Shown here piece by piece: positions 51,501 to 60,708 of a stretch of 64,000 nucleotides of DNA (the stretch's first letter is position 1; each line of letters opens with the position of its first letter). Under the pieces are notes generated by a model. The model did no database searches. It worked only from the letters and a program-made list of their open reading frames with translations, and was not told the origin of the DNA. Made by a program: the position numbers and the translations under genes. The stretch covers positions 26,958 to 90,957 of the forward strand of contig JAHITY010000062.1 in assembly GCA_018817165.1 (NCBI GenBank), in the 5' to 3' direction. The stretch is from Candidatus Omnitrophota bacterium. Lineage in GTDB: Bacteria > Omnitrophota > Gorgyraeia > B26-G9.

Positions 51501-52161
51501 AGAAATAAAAGTTGAGGGTTTAAGAGAAAGTTTTGAGGAATTTAATCCTGTTGCTTGGCTTGTGTCCTTGCAGGAGCATAGTAAGTTTTTTAAAGAAAAT
51601 AAATCCGAGGAAAGAGAACTGCGTTATCAGGCGATAACTCAGGATAATCGCTGGCTGAACCGGGCGAGAAATTATGTTGAGCTTTACCGCAAACTTGCCG
51701 GCGCGGAAAGAATCCCGGAATTAAAATCCTTGGTAATGACTGCGGCAATTCATCAGGCGGCGATTCGCGCAGATAATGATCCGGCTGATGAAATTATGCG
51801 CAATGGATATACTGCTGAAGAAACAGTAGATAATCTGATTAATGTTGTTAAATCTTCATCAAATAATGTTTTGGTTTCGGCATTAATTGAAAAATATATC
51901 CCTTATTTAGCTAAAATTTTAGAAATCAGACAAACTTTAATTAATCGCATAGATGTGATTGTTGAAGAGTGTAGAATTAATGGTGATAGTGGAATTTTAT
52001 GCCAAAGATTTGAAATGCTTAGAGATAATATTATTCAATTAAATAAAATAACAGCTAAGGAAATTATGCCATACGCGAATGTGGATTTAGCTACTTTAAA
52101 ATTAAAGCAAAAAGAATATATCCTCAGTTTAAAATTTAGCTTTGTTGATCAGGCGATTTAG
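48517..52161 (+). CDS. Very large glycogen/starch-synthase-like (GT5) glycosyltransferase with N- and C-terminal extensions and internal insertions
   Basis: GT5 N-half motifs STGTGGMALYVSDLAKELAALGIPVTVIVP and IIQTNDWTTAYL (cf. KTGGLADV / HxHDWxTAL). GT5 C-half FVIVGSADGDL...IYSGSDRFGMPSWYEPGGLSNQEAAGYGTPRHLTRRDGLLD. 1214 aa, versus about 480 for GlgA. Confidence 0.6.
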   Translation: MKFFNKKSIQLKIIALLLLNSFSGINSSNAFDFKIEHNSQQHCLAPVLQLDNSIFSKLLIDYNREVLSILHTMKYAPQLALGNDRVIGAAIQKNSNQEDPEYWLMLSHRGSPMAADINFLPDNLEQKGNGLGVFNPDQDDYVYELVEFFDNNQSDINSIINPKRMLVTGRSLRVLGMGFYQPLPISVTKIYKFRKVAAQIPSQDKADYNVLLKYSLLNYKRFAPQYRMENSFIAREIIKALNAGSVEFTGLFYALSEMIDDDQKIDFSELSRIFSDIIFYGDQQLKDNAQKILIDIAIAGQIKEISVHGLAKASIVGARSSENAIKLLRSSTVGEIVLTSPESLWSTGTGGMALYVSDLAKELAALGIPVTVIVPLFNEPIRKKEIFQSYNLHDTGRGINLNFGRAGDETAHAKIYEANQEGVRILYLENDKYFNLLKGSDGGDNAYNGSVSFRLRFARMLSLGTLLAIREMNIHPRIIQTNDWTTAYLKAYLEGRERIDPSLEGLRFDPHLQSTKVLSILHNSHAYYQGNMWVPDLAQRDKHIWDDLGFNPEKDTDILVLGHDHTQHDHNPVLRARAWLDINPTYTAVRTGDNIIDVSEGHRDRSINPVYAPEFGYLDGVLGWKASIGDFYGQANGFGLAQRQRDFLSKMLIANKESKVSIKDMAVNISKKNSQSKIEEGYINWLSNPESMLRGFYGISSDQEKSWLNKLCNDLKPQDKSMAEFKLEMRKLLEAELLQKTTKLLRSNIYIALEDKNYFKHDLEYRKMLQDFLDKPEQSIKSFFDIGHESERRRLANFHFEFIKPLQKSILQNIFGIEKDEQKFTYSMLHRVGEQKGHQLLTAEIWNSHNPGSLKAIKGTIFYDKIESHDYEIGLSLEDQNKLSDFANKHNLINLRAMEVAMILNHDVQFVIVGSADGDLDKAFQETYKIFKHTKQFAYLPEFISINSALYDLIYSGSDRFGMPSWYEPGGLSNQEAAGYGTPRHLTRRDGLLDGEIKVEGLRESFEEFNPVAWLVSLQEHSKFFKENKSEERELRYQAITQDNRWLNRARNYVELYRKLAGAERIPELKSLVMTAAIHQAAIRADNDPADEIMRNGYTAEETVDNLINVVKSSSNNVLVSALIEKYIPYLAKILEIRQTLINRIDVIVEECRINGDSGILCQRFEMLRDNIIQLNKITAKEIMPYANVDLATLKLKQKEYILSLKFSFVDQAI

Positions 52162-52246
52162 AAATAATTAAGCTGTATGTTGTGTTAAAACTTGACTTTA
52201 AGCTGATAATATTTTATACTCTATTTAAATTATAAAATAAATTATC

Positions 52247-52296
52247 AGCCCTTACACGGATCGTATGGCGAGATCTGTAAGGGCTATTTTTATTTA
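52247..52296 (+). terminator. Hairpin plus T-tract (terminator of the upstream gene, or leader attenuator of the surface-protein cluster)
   Basis: AGCCCTTACA...TGTAAGGGCT 10-bp stem, followed by ATTTTTATTT; a TTGACT-17-TATACT promoter-like sequence lies just upstream at about 52189-52217. Confidence 0.5.
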
Positions 52297-52344
52297 ATGG
52301 CAAATTATTTAAAAAGAAAAACAATCTAGTTATTTAGGAATATA

Positions 52345-52674
52345 ATGCAAATATCAAAATTGTTTATAAGTATTATAATATCTATCTTTTGTTTGTTTTT
52401 GGTAATCTCCTCTTCTTACTGCCAAGAGGCAGTGCATACTGTTAGTGGTAATGTATCTAGTCTTAGCAGTGCCGGTCAGTTATTGTCGATTAATTATACT
52501 GATCAAACAAATTCTATTCAAAATGTCCAGCTTGTTATTGGAGAAGATACCGAATTTTTTGACCTGCCGGATATTTACTCCTTACACATAGGTGATGATA
52601 TTACAGTTGATTATATTATAGATGAGCAGGGTGATAATCAGGCTGTTTCTCTATATAAATTTGCAGCAAAATAA
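52345..52674 (+). CDS. Small secreted hypothetical protein
   Basis: Signal peptide followed by an ~85-aa acidic beta-rich domain. Confidence 0.4.
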   Translation: MQISKLFISIIISIFCLFLVISSSYCQEAVHTVSGNVSSLSSAGQLLSINYTDQTNSIQNVQLVIGEDTEFFDLPDIYSLHIGDDITVDYIIDEQGDNQAVSLYKFAAK

Positions 52675-52708
52675 GTTGTTTTGTGAAAAGTTAAACATCG
52701 GAGATACT

Positions 52709-53767
52709 TTGAGAATCACTAGTTGTTTACTGGTTATATTAGCTTGTATATCCTTTTTTGCCCCTTGTGCTGTTTTTGCGGCTGACCTAGCAGGTACTGC
52801 TAGTCTTAGTGGCTATGTAAAAGATTCAGTAACTGGGCAGCCGATTTTTGATGCGAGAATAAGCCTTAAGTGCGGGCCGGACAAGTTAAAAACAACCAGC
52901 AATTTTCAAGGTTATTATCAGTTTTCCGAGATTTTAATATACAGTAAAAATGGTGATTTGCTGGAATTCGCAGAAATAAAAATCTCCGCGCAGCAATACA
53001 TTTCAATAATAGATTTCAAAGATTTGCTTCCGGATCAATCATATACAATGGATTTTAATCTACATACCCGGTTTACCTATCCGATTGTAAGAGGTAAGGT
53101 TTTTGATACTTCCACATTATCCGGTATTCCTGAAGCAGTCGTAACTGCCAATAGTGATAATAACGTATTTACCACGGTTGCTGATTTAAATGGTAATTAT
53201 GTCCTGCGCATTGAATCTAAAAACCCTCAAGAATATTCAATTATTGCCAAAGCCGATGAATATTATGAAAGTTCACCTCAAATTATCAAAGTTTTTCCTT
53301 ATGATACATATAATATAGATTTCCCCCTTGATATTATGGCCTTGGGTGTCAGTGTGTCTCCGGACAGTTGGCAGATTGGCAGCATTGGACCTAATTCAGT
53401 AGCCACCATGCAGCTAGGGCAGCAAATTACTGTTACAAATACAGGTAATGATAATTTGACTTATAGTTTGATGTTAATAAGTCCAGAAGGCTGGACAGCT
53501 TCACAAACAGCTGTGGCAGCAGAACAATATATTCTTAATGTCTGCTTTTCATCAGAAATAGAAACAATATCATGGAATGATGAAAATCATTCTCTTCTTG
53601 AAATATTGCAACGCTGCTCAGAAATAAAATTTGCTGGTGATCAGAATGGCGTAGATATTATCCCCGGACAACAAAGAACTCTTTGGATGCAGTTTAAAGC
53701 ACCGCTTTCAACAATAATAGAAAATGAACAGGTAATTGAAGTTATCATTAATGCAGAAATGCCATAA
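52709..53767 (+). CDS. Secreted protein with two carboxypeptidase-regulatory-like (transthyretin-like) domains
   Basis: Probable TTG start at 52709 (GGAG RBS), giving signal peptide MRITSCLLVILACISFFAPCAVFA. Motifs GYVKDSVTGQPIFDARISL and GKVFDTSTLSGIPEAVVTA. The track's 52622 start would overlap the upstream gene. Confidence 0.45.
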   Translation: MRITSCLLVILACISFFAPCAVFAADLAGTASLSGYVKDSVTGQPIFDARISLKCGPDKLKTTSNFQGYYQFSEILIYSKNGDLLEFAEIKISAQQYISIIDFKDLLPDQSYTMDFNLHTRFTYPIVRGKVFDTSTLSGIPEAVVTANSDNNVFTTVADLNGNYVLRIESKNPQEYSIIAKADEYYESSPQIIKVFPYDTYNIDFPLDIMALGVSVSPDSWQIGSIGPNSVATMQLGQQITVTNTGNDNLTYSLMLISPEGWTASQTAVAAEQYILNVCFSSEIETISWNDENHSLLEILQRCSEIKFAGDQNGVDIIPGQQRTLWMQFKAPLSTIIENEQVIEVIINAEMP

Positions 53768-53846
53768 TTCTTTATTACGCTCAATAGCGTTTACATAGAA
53801 AGTATATTTTTTATAACTGCCTTAGGGCAAAAACAAGGAGGAAGAA

Positions 53847-54323
53847 GTGAAAAAGGGTTTAATTTTGGCTTTAATATTAACATTTGCATTTTCAGGGGCT
53901 GCTTTTGCTGCTGAGAGCGCACAAATTGCGGTAACTGTAACTATAACTCAAAGCGTATCTGTTACTGTAAATCCAGGCAGCTATGCCTTTGGGGCAACTG
54001 ATGCTGGAGCAACTCTATCAACAGCTCCAGATACTTTTACCGCAACTAATGATGGAAATGGCGCTGAAAACTTAGTAATTACAGTTGCTAATACAACTAA
54101 CTGGATAGCTGGTTCAACAGTTGGAACTGATCAGTTTGCAATGAATGTTGATACTGGAAGCGGATGGACATTAATTGATCCAGCAACTGGTTCTTCATTG
54201 GCAGCAGGGGTAGTGGCTGCAGGTACTCAGGATTTTGGATTGCAGTTGCTTGTTCCTAGTGCAACAACTAATGCAGGTGCGGAACAGTCAATAGCAGTTA
54301 CTGTAACAGCTTCAGCTCAATAA
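53847..54323 (+). CDS. Secreted Thr/Ala/Gly-rich beta protein, candidate surface-fibre subunit (SCPU/fimbrial-like pattern, no Cys)
   Basis: GTG start with AAGGAGG RBS; signal peptide ...GAAFA|AE. Alternating-hydrophobic beta strands at both termini (AQIAVTVTITQSVSVTV...IAVTVTASAQ); followed by a perfect 10-bp hairpin. Confidence 0.45.
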   Translation: MKKGLILALILTFAFSGAAFAAESAQIAVTVTITQSVSVTVNPGSYAFGATDAGATLSTAPDTFTATNDGNGAENLVITVANTTNWIAGSTVGTDQFAMNVDTGSGWTLIDPATGSSLAAGVVAAGTQDFGLQLLVPSATTNAGAEQSIAVTVTASAQ

Positions 54324-54350
54324 TAAGTAATTAATAGAATAAAGGGTTTA

Positions 54351-54377
54351 GGTGAAGAGCTGATTTTGCTCTTCACC
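54351..54377 (+). other. Perfect 10-bp stem-loop after the candidate fibre-subunit gene
   Basis: GGTGAAGAGC-tgatttt-GCTCTTCACC; no T-tract, so likely a partial terminator or mRNA-stabilising hairpin. Confidence 0.5.
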
Positions 54378-54408
54378 TGGGCTACTTTAAAAACGAGAAA
54401 GTTAGTCT

Positions 54409-54870
54409 ATGCTGAATTTAAAAAAATATCTTATTGCACTTATAATTATCTTAAATTTATTTATTACTCTCCCGGCCTTTGCCGGAGGACTTTCCTCGAA
54501 TTGGGGAGAAGTTCATATTGATAATCTTGAGGTCGGCAAGTCATATGATTTAAATGACTTTTTGAACACTACTTTTAAAATCATGAATAATTTTGACAAA
54601 GTTATTCTTTTAAATATTTCTATTGTAAAACCTGAATTATCAGAGTTAAAGCCTGGTTATTTAGTGATTGAAGATACTTCTTGGGTACAGGTAAAAAATG
54701 AAGTTATTATTCCGGCACAGTCACAGGGAGTTGTTCCCATAAATATTAGTATCCCTGATTCAGATGAGTATAAAGGTAAGAAATATCAGTTTTGGATATG
54801 GACCCGCACATCTGGTCAGGCAGTTGGCGTGGGATTGAAAAGTCGGATATTGATTAGTATTGTTAATTAG
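54409..54870 (+). CDS. Small secreted hypothetical beta-sandwich protein
   Basis: Signal peptide ...LPAFA|GG; 153 aa; no recognisable motif. Confidence 0.4.
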   Translation: MLNLKKYLIALIIILNLFITLPAFAGGLSSNWGEVHIDNLEVGKSYDLNDFLNTTFKIMNNFDKVILLNISIVKPELSELKPGYLVIEDTSWVQVKNEVIIPAQSQGVVPINISIPDSDEYKGKKYQFWIWTRTSGQAVGVGLKSRILISIVN

Positions 54871-54898
54871 AATTAATTTAGACAAAATTTATAATTAT

Positions 54899-57800
54899 AT
54901 GATAAAAAAACGCTTTTTAAAAATTATCGTAGGCATTCTTTTCATTACCGGTATGGTTGGCTCAGCTTATGCCCAGCCATTTGCTACTATTTTATTAAGC
55001 GTAACAGTAACTGATACCACAGCGCCATTAGCTCCTACAGGACTTACTGCTGTAGATGGTGATGGGATAATTAATCTTAACTGGAGTGCCAATCAAGAAG
55101 GAGATCTTGCTGGATATAATCTTTATAGATCTCTTACTTCAGAAAGTGGATACAGTAAATTAAATTCAGGATTGATCACAACAATATCTTATCAAGATAC
55201 AGGGCTTATAAATGGTAATATCTATTACTATAAAATAACCGCAGTAGATGCAAGTAATAATGAAAGTCTTTATTCCGGAGAAATAAGCGTCAGTCTTGAG
55301 CTTTTAGTTACGGATGAAGTTGAACCTAATGATAGTTTTGCCCAGGCAAATAATCTGGGGATTAATTCACTGATGAATGGAGCCATTGCTGATTTAGGAG
55401 ATATTGATTATTACCGGTTTACAGTTGATTCCCCCGGAATTTTAAATGTATCCTTAACAAATGTCCCGGCTAATATTAATGCCGCTGTCGTGATCTATGA
55501 TTCTATTTATTCAATGAAGACTTCCCAGGGCGCAGGTTATGGCTCAGATATAGTTATAAATTATGAGGTTGCTTCTTCGGGGGTATATTATGTGAGCATT
55601 TTTGATAGTGGTAATGATGGAATATCAGCTTCTTTGTATGATCTTAAGGTTACACATATTCCTGGACTTGATGTATATGAGCCAAACCCTGATTTTGCTC
55701 AAGCGACGAATATAAATTCTGGCGATGATATTCAGGCAACGATTTTTCCTGTAAGTGATAATGACTATTATAAGATTACCTCAAATAGTGTTAGCATGAT
55801 GCATGTTCACCTCACTAATGTTCCCAATAATATTAATGCTTATTTAACAGTTTATGATTCTAATTTTATTACAAAATCTGCGAAGGCTGGCATTAACGGT
55901 GCAGATATTGACTTAGAACTTGAGACAAAAGAAAATGAAGAATATTTTATTAGAGTATACGATACTACAAATGACAGTAGTTCTCTATTATTATATAATC
56001 TTCAGGCAATTGTTACCCTTGGACTGGATGCATATGAGCCTAATAATGATTTTGATAATGCTGCCGTAGTAAATCTAAATGAGCCTATCCAGGCAAATAT
56101 ATTTGGTATGGGTGATAATGACTACTATAAGGTTTCGGTAACAGAGCCGGGAGTGTTTACGGTCGCTTTATCTAATGTACCTGCAAATATAAGGCCGTAT
56201 GTTTATGCTTACAGAGCTGATCAAAGTTATTTGATGTCTAAGATGGGGCAAACAGGTGATAATCTTGAATTTAATTTTGAAGTTTCAGCGACCGGAGATT
56301 ATTATATAAGGGTTTATGATTCGTTAAACTATTTGGTTTCAACTGAGACATATGATTTACTAATTTCGCAGACACCGATTTCTCTGGATAATGTTGTCGA
56401 TACCCCAGATGCATTTAGTCCTAATGGAGATAATAATGCTGATATTAATACTATAACTTATTATCTAACAAAGAACGGGCTTGTTACAATAAAAATTTAT
56501 GATGCTCAGGATGCGCTTGTTAGAGTATTAAAAAACGAGCAAGCAGAAAATTACGGGACAAGGACTGCTGTTTGGGATGGAAAAAATGATACAGGGAATA
56601 TTCTCGCGGACGGGATTTATAAATATATTATTGAAGCCGTGGATTTGCAGGGCAATCCTGCTTTATCACATCAAAGTACAATTACCATTGAAAATAATTT
56701 TCTGGTCATTGTCGAACCATCAAGTCCGATTGCCGGACAGGTAACTTTTAGAGCTGTGCCTTCGCAAAATATTACTACTGTGCGCCAAGTGCGTTTTCGC
56801 TATAACCTTAAAGGCTCAATTTCTTCTTATGATGTAGATCCAGTCAATATTCTTGCCCAGGAGCAGGCTGATAGCAGCTGGACAGTATCATGGGATACAA
56901 CTAAAGTAAAGAACGGTGAGTATGAGATATCTGTTGGCGCGGCTTATTATGATTTAAATGGGATCCAGCGATATGAGACTTTGCCGCCAGTGAATTATAT
57001 AATATCTAATATTATTGTAATTAATAATCTTTCTGTTAGCTCAAATGCGTTTAGTCCTAATGGAGATAATTATAATGAAATTACAAATATAAATTATCTG
57101 ATCACCAAAGACGCGAATGTAACTATTAATATTTATGATGATCAGGGAACACTTGTGCGTGCGCTGATAACTGCCCAAGCAAAACTTGCTGGAGATAATT
57201 TGGAAATTTGGGATGGCAAGGATAATGATGCTGTGCTGCTGGATGAAGGTGTTTATACTTGTATTGTGACTGCCACTGAGAATTGGGGCGACGCAAGTCC
57301 TAAACAAATAGATATTGTTATTGATAATCATGCAATGACAATTACTGAACCTGTTGAGGGAAATATTTTATCAGGTGAAGTTAGCATTACAACAGTACCT
57401 TCTATATATGCTAATGCTTATTCTGTTTACTTGGAGTGCAAAGCAAAAAATGATCTTTGGTGGACAATGATCAATAATGCGGTAAAACAGCCTGATGCCA
57501 GCTGGATAAGCACATGGGATACAGCAGCTTTGCCCAGTGGGGAGTATGAACTCAGAGTGTGTGTTGCGTATCGGGATTTAAATAATCTAGGTAGGAGCGA
57601 ATTCTCCGCGCCGATTACTTGTTCAGTATCTAACAGTTTTGCAATATTAAGTTTCTCAGATCGGCCTGACGCGTTCAGCCCAAATAATGATTATAATGCT
57701 GATGTAACAATAATAAATTATTTAATTACTGCTGATGCTCAGGTAAGCCTGAAAATATTTGATCAAAATAATCTGCTAATTAGAACCCTTAAAGACAATG

Positions 57801-59815
57801 TTCAGGAATTAGCTGGTAGCATAAATACTGAATGGGATGGTAAAGATGATCTTGGAGTCCTGGTTCCCGAGGGAGAGTATACCTATATCTTAGATGCCAT
57901 GGATGCCCAGAATAATGCTGTTCAGAAACAGGGAACAATAACAGTTGATAATCATTTTCTAACGATTACAATTCCTGCTAGCGGAACTACATTAAGTGAT
58001 ACAGTAGTTTTGCAAGGAGTTCCTTCTGCAAATACAACTGTAACTTCAGGACAATTTCGCTATCGAATCTATAATGTCAATTATTGGATAAATATAGGTG
58101 CATGGGTAAAACAATCGGATGGAAGTATAACTGGTAGTTGGGATACCACAGTAATAGAAAACAACGATTATGAGGTGCAGGCTTATGTTAATTATATAGA
58201 TAAGGACGGATTGGCTAGAAGTGAATATACGATTCCTGTACTTTATACGGTAGATAATATTGCGGTGCTTAGTTGCTCTACGTGGCCTGTAATAATTTCA
58301 CCGAACGCTGATTCTGTAAAAGATACTACGACACTTATTGCTAATTTATCAGATGTATTTGATTGGATAATTACTATAAAGGATTCTTTGAATGTAGAAG
58401 TTAAGAGTTTTTCAGGTAATGGCAAGACTATATCATTGGACTGGGATGGAAAAGATACTAGTGATAGCATTGTTGCGGATGGAGTGTATACTTGTTATGT
58501 TCAAGCAATAGATCCCGATACTGGTTTGCCTGTTTCCACAAAATCCTGCGCAATTGAAATTGATAATACTCCAGCGCAGGCTGTTATTACATTTCCGGTA
58601 GCGGACAGTATTGTTTCTGGTAATTTGGATATAATAGGTACAGTTAATGATATTAATTTTAAATCAGCAGTGCTTCAGTATGGAGAAGGCAGCAATCCTT
58701 TGACATGGGTGGATATTGTTTCTATAAATACTGTGGTTATTGCTAATAAATTAGGCGAGATTGATACTGGTACTTTACCTAATGGGATTATAACTTTTAA
58801 AATTGTTGGAGAAGATAATGCCGGCAATATTAGCGAAGGCTCAGTCCAGGTTACTACTGATAATGTGAAGATTACAAATGTTTCTGCTAACCCAAGGACT
58901 ATTGATCCTGCTGTGTCAGAAAGCACATCAATTAATTTTAGTCTTGACCGCGATGCAAATGTAACGATAAGAATTTACAAAGCTGAAAATCCGTATGACT
59001 ATAATTATATTGTAACTTCATATGTAAAAACATATGTTTTTACTCCTGTTGATAATATACCTTATTCCTCCGGGCAACATGCATTTGTTTGGGACGGCAG
59101 AGATGGAAATGGCGAGTTGCTTCCAGTAGGTACCTATGTTTTTACTATGGAAGCTACCGCAGCAGGCGCAGGAGATGGCTATTATGATCCAGAGTATGTA
59201 GATGGTGATTCATTGATAGATAATACAGGTTTTAGTTTAATTTTTAATCCTTATAAAAATGAAAATTGTTTGATCGATTATGATATTGTATCACCTGCAT
59301 GGCTAACAATAATGACATTTTCCAGCGATGGACAGACTGTGCGAAAATTGGTTCGTTGGGAATTTCGTGATGCCGGAAGCTATACTGAATACTGGGATGG
59401 GCGTACATATGATGGTAATGTTGTTAGCGTGGGGTCATATAATATTCGAGGTTATACAAAACAGATGCCTGAGAACTACATTATTATTAAAAATTCTCCA
59501 ATTTCTGTCACCTCCTTGGAAACAGAAGCATATCTGATTTTACCTTTGTATGATCAGGTCAGCACAATTAAATACGCAATATCGCGTGATGCTTTTGTAA
59601 CCATAAAACTGTATGATCCTAATGGAAGTTATTATTGTACTTTAGAAGAAGGATCCATACTAAAACAAGGCGGTAACTATTCTGTGGAGTGGAATGGAAC
59701 TAATGATGATGGGAAATATATAAATGTTTCCGGTGATTATAGGGTTGAGATTACTTTAACTGATGCCGAGGGTGTGAGCATTGTGCGTAACGGTAATATA
59801 GTTGTTTATAAATAG
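54899..59815 (+). CDS. Giant surface protein: Fn3 domain, four pre-peptidase C-terminal (PPC) domains, then about six FlgD-Ig-like repeats alternating with Ig-like modules
   Basis: Signal peptide MIKKRFLKIIVGILFITGMVGSAYA. PPC signatures EPNDSFAQAN...GDIDYYRF occur four times. FlgD-Ig signatures DAFSPNGDNNADI...IKIYD...VWDGKNDTGNILADGIY are repeated. The track start at 54860 overlaps the previous gene. Confidence 0.7.
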   Translation: MIKKRFLKIIVGILFITGMVGSAYAQPFATILLSVTVTDTTAPLAPTGLTAVDGDGIINLNWSANQEGDLAGYNLYRSLTSESGYSKLNSGLITTISYQDTGLINGNIYYYKITAVDASNNESLYSGEISVSLELLVTDEVEPNDSFAQANNLGINSLMNGAIADLGDIDYYRFTVDSPGILNVSLTNVPANINAAVVIYDSIYSMKTSQGAGYGSDIVINYEVASSGVYYVSIFDSGNDGISASLYDLKVTHIPGLDVYEPNPDFAQATNINSGDDIQATIFPVSDNDYYKITSNSVSMMHVHLTNVPNNINAYLTVYDSNFITKSAKAGINGADIDLELETKENEEYFIRVYDTTNDSSSLLLYNLQAIVTLGLDAYEPNNDFDNAAVVNLNEPIQANIFGMGDNDYYKVSVTEPGVFTVALSNVPANIRPYVYAYRADQSYLMSKMGQTGDNLEFNFEVSATGDYYIRVYDSLNYLVSTETYDLLISQTPISLDNVVDTPDAFSPNGDNNADINTITYYLTKNGLVTIKIYDAQDALVRVLKNEQAENYGTRTAVWDGKNDTGNILADGIYKYIIEAVDLQGNPALSHQSTITIENNFLVIVEPSSPIAGQVTFRAVPSQNITTVRQVRFRYNLKGSISSYDVDPVNILAQEQADSSWTVSWDTTKVKNGEYEISVGAAYYDLNGIQRYETLPPVNYIISNIIVINNLSVSSNAFSPNGDNYNEITNINYLITKDANVTINIYDDQGTLVRALITAQAKLAGDNLEIWDGKDNDAVLLDEGVYTCIVTATENWGDASPKQIDIVIDNHAMTITEPVEGNILSGEVSITTVPSIYANAYSVYLECKAKNDLWWTMINNAVKQPDASWISTWDTAALPSGEYELRVCVAYRDLNNLGRSEFSAPITCSVSNSFAILSFSDRPDAFSPNNDYNADVTIINYLITADAQVSLKIFDQNNLLIRTLKDNVQELAGSINTEWDGKDDLGVLVPEGEYTYILDAMDAQNNAVQKQGTITVDNHFLTITIPASGTTLSDTVVLQGVPSANTTVTSGQFRYRIYNVNYWINIGAWVKQSDGSITGSWDTTVIENNDYEVQAYVNYIDKDGLARSEYTIPVLYTVDNIAVLSCSTWPVIISPNADSVKDTTTLIANLSDVFDWIITIKDSLNVEVKSFSGNGKTISLDWDGKDTSDSIVADGVYTCYVQAIDPDTGLPVSTKSCAIEIDNTPAQAVITFPVADSIVSGNLDIIGTVNDINFKSAVLQYGEGSNPLTWVDIVSINTVVIANKLGEIDTGTLPNGIITFKIVGEDNAGNISEGSVQVTTDNVKITNVSANPRTIDPAVSESTSINFSLDRDANVTIRIYKAENPYDYNYIVTSYVKTYVFTPVDNIPYSSGQHAFVWDGRDGNGELLPVGTYVFTMEATAAGAGDGYYDPEYVDGDSLIDNTGFSLIFNPYKNENCLIDYDIVSPAWLTIMTFSSDGQTVRKLVRWEFRDAGSYTEYWDGRTYDGNVVSVGSYNIRGYTKQMPENYIIIKNSPISVTSLETEAYLILPLYDQVSTIKYAISRDAFVTIKLYDPNGSYYCTLEEGSILKQGGNYSVEWNGTNDDGKYINVSGDYRVEITLTDAEGVSIVRNGNIVVYK

Positions 59816-59828
59816 GGTTTTGATTTAT

Positions 59829-60695
59829 ATGAAAAAGAAAATAATAATATTCCTTGGCTTATTTTTTATTGTAACAAATGCTTTTGCTCAAGGTTTAGAG
59901 AATAAGATTATATATTCCAGATTTACCAATGGGTATTGGCAGATTTGGAGTTATTCTTTAGATTTAAACCAGCATGAGCAATTAACAAAATCAGCATATG
60001 ATAAACGCAATCCTATTTGTATAGATATTAAGGGAAAGATAATTTTCCGTTCAAGCAATGCTAATATGTATTTACTGGATACAAATACTGCTAAAGAAGA
60101 ACAGATTTTAAAAGATCTGGGGAGAATTGCCTATCCTGCCTGGTCAGAGCAAAATAATTCACTGGCTTTTACAAGATATGATGATACATTAACTGATGAA
60201 AGTGAACTTTGGACAGTGGCTTTAGACGGCACAGGACAAAGAGTTCTGACTAATTTACCGGGCATGCAGTATGACGCTTCCTGGTCAAATGACGGCAAAC
60301 ATATCTTATATTCAGCGCTTGAGTCTTATGGCAAACATCATATCTGGATTATGGATATTGACGGCAAGAATAGTAAACAGCTTACTTCTAATGACAAAGC
60401 GTATGATTTATCCGCAGTGTTTTCACCAGATGATAAAACTATTGCTTTTGCTTCAAATCAAACTGGAAATTTTGAAATATGGCTAATGGATAATAATGGA
60501 AAAAACCTTAAAAATATCACAAACAACAATGCGTTTGACGCAAAACCAACATTTTCTCCTGATGCAAAACAAATAGCTTTTGTTTCATCAAGAAGCAATA
60601 GTTTACAGATCTGGATTATGAATACTGATGGATCAAATCCTGTCATGATAAGTGACGGTAAAGAAGAGGCGCAGGATCCTTTTTGGGTGAAATAG
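59829..60695 (+). CDS. TolB-like periplasmic beta-propeller protein (PD40 repeats)
   Basis: Signal peptide, then repeated FSPDGK/WSNDGK-type PD40 motifs; no N-terminal TolB domain. Confidence 0.6.
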   Translation: MKKKIIIFLGLFFIVTNAFAQGLENKIIYSRFTNGYWQIWSYSLDLNQHEQLTKSAYDKRNPICIDIKGKIIFRSSNANMYLLDTNTAKEEQILKDLGRIAYPAWSEQNNSLAFTRYDDTLTDESELWTVALDGTGQRVLTNLPGMQYDASWSNDGKHILYSALESYGKHHIWIMDIDGKNSKQLTSNDKAYDLSAVFSPDDKTIAFASNQTGNFEIWLMDNNGKNLKNITNNNAFDAKPTFSPDAKQIAFVSSRSNSLQIWIMNTDGSNPVMISDGKEEAQDPFWVK

Positions 60696-60708
60696 ATAAG
60701 GTGACGTA

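Noticed and set aside
52622-52708. ATG start at 52622 for the transthyretin-domain protein
   Set aside because: It overlaps the preceding gene in another frame and lacks an RBS; the TTG at 52709 has a GGAG RBS and yields a clean signal peptide.
59328-59537. 69-aa + strand ORF inside the giant adhesin gene (other frame)
   Set aside because: Nested in a 1651-aa gene with continuous domain structure; no start signals.
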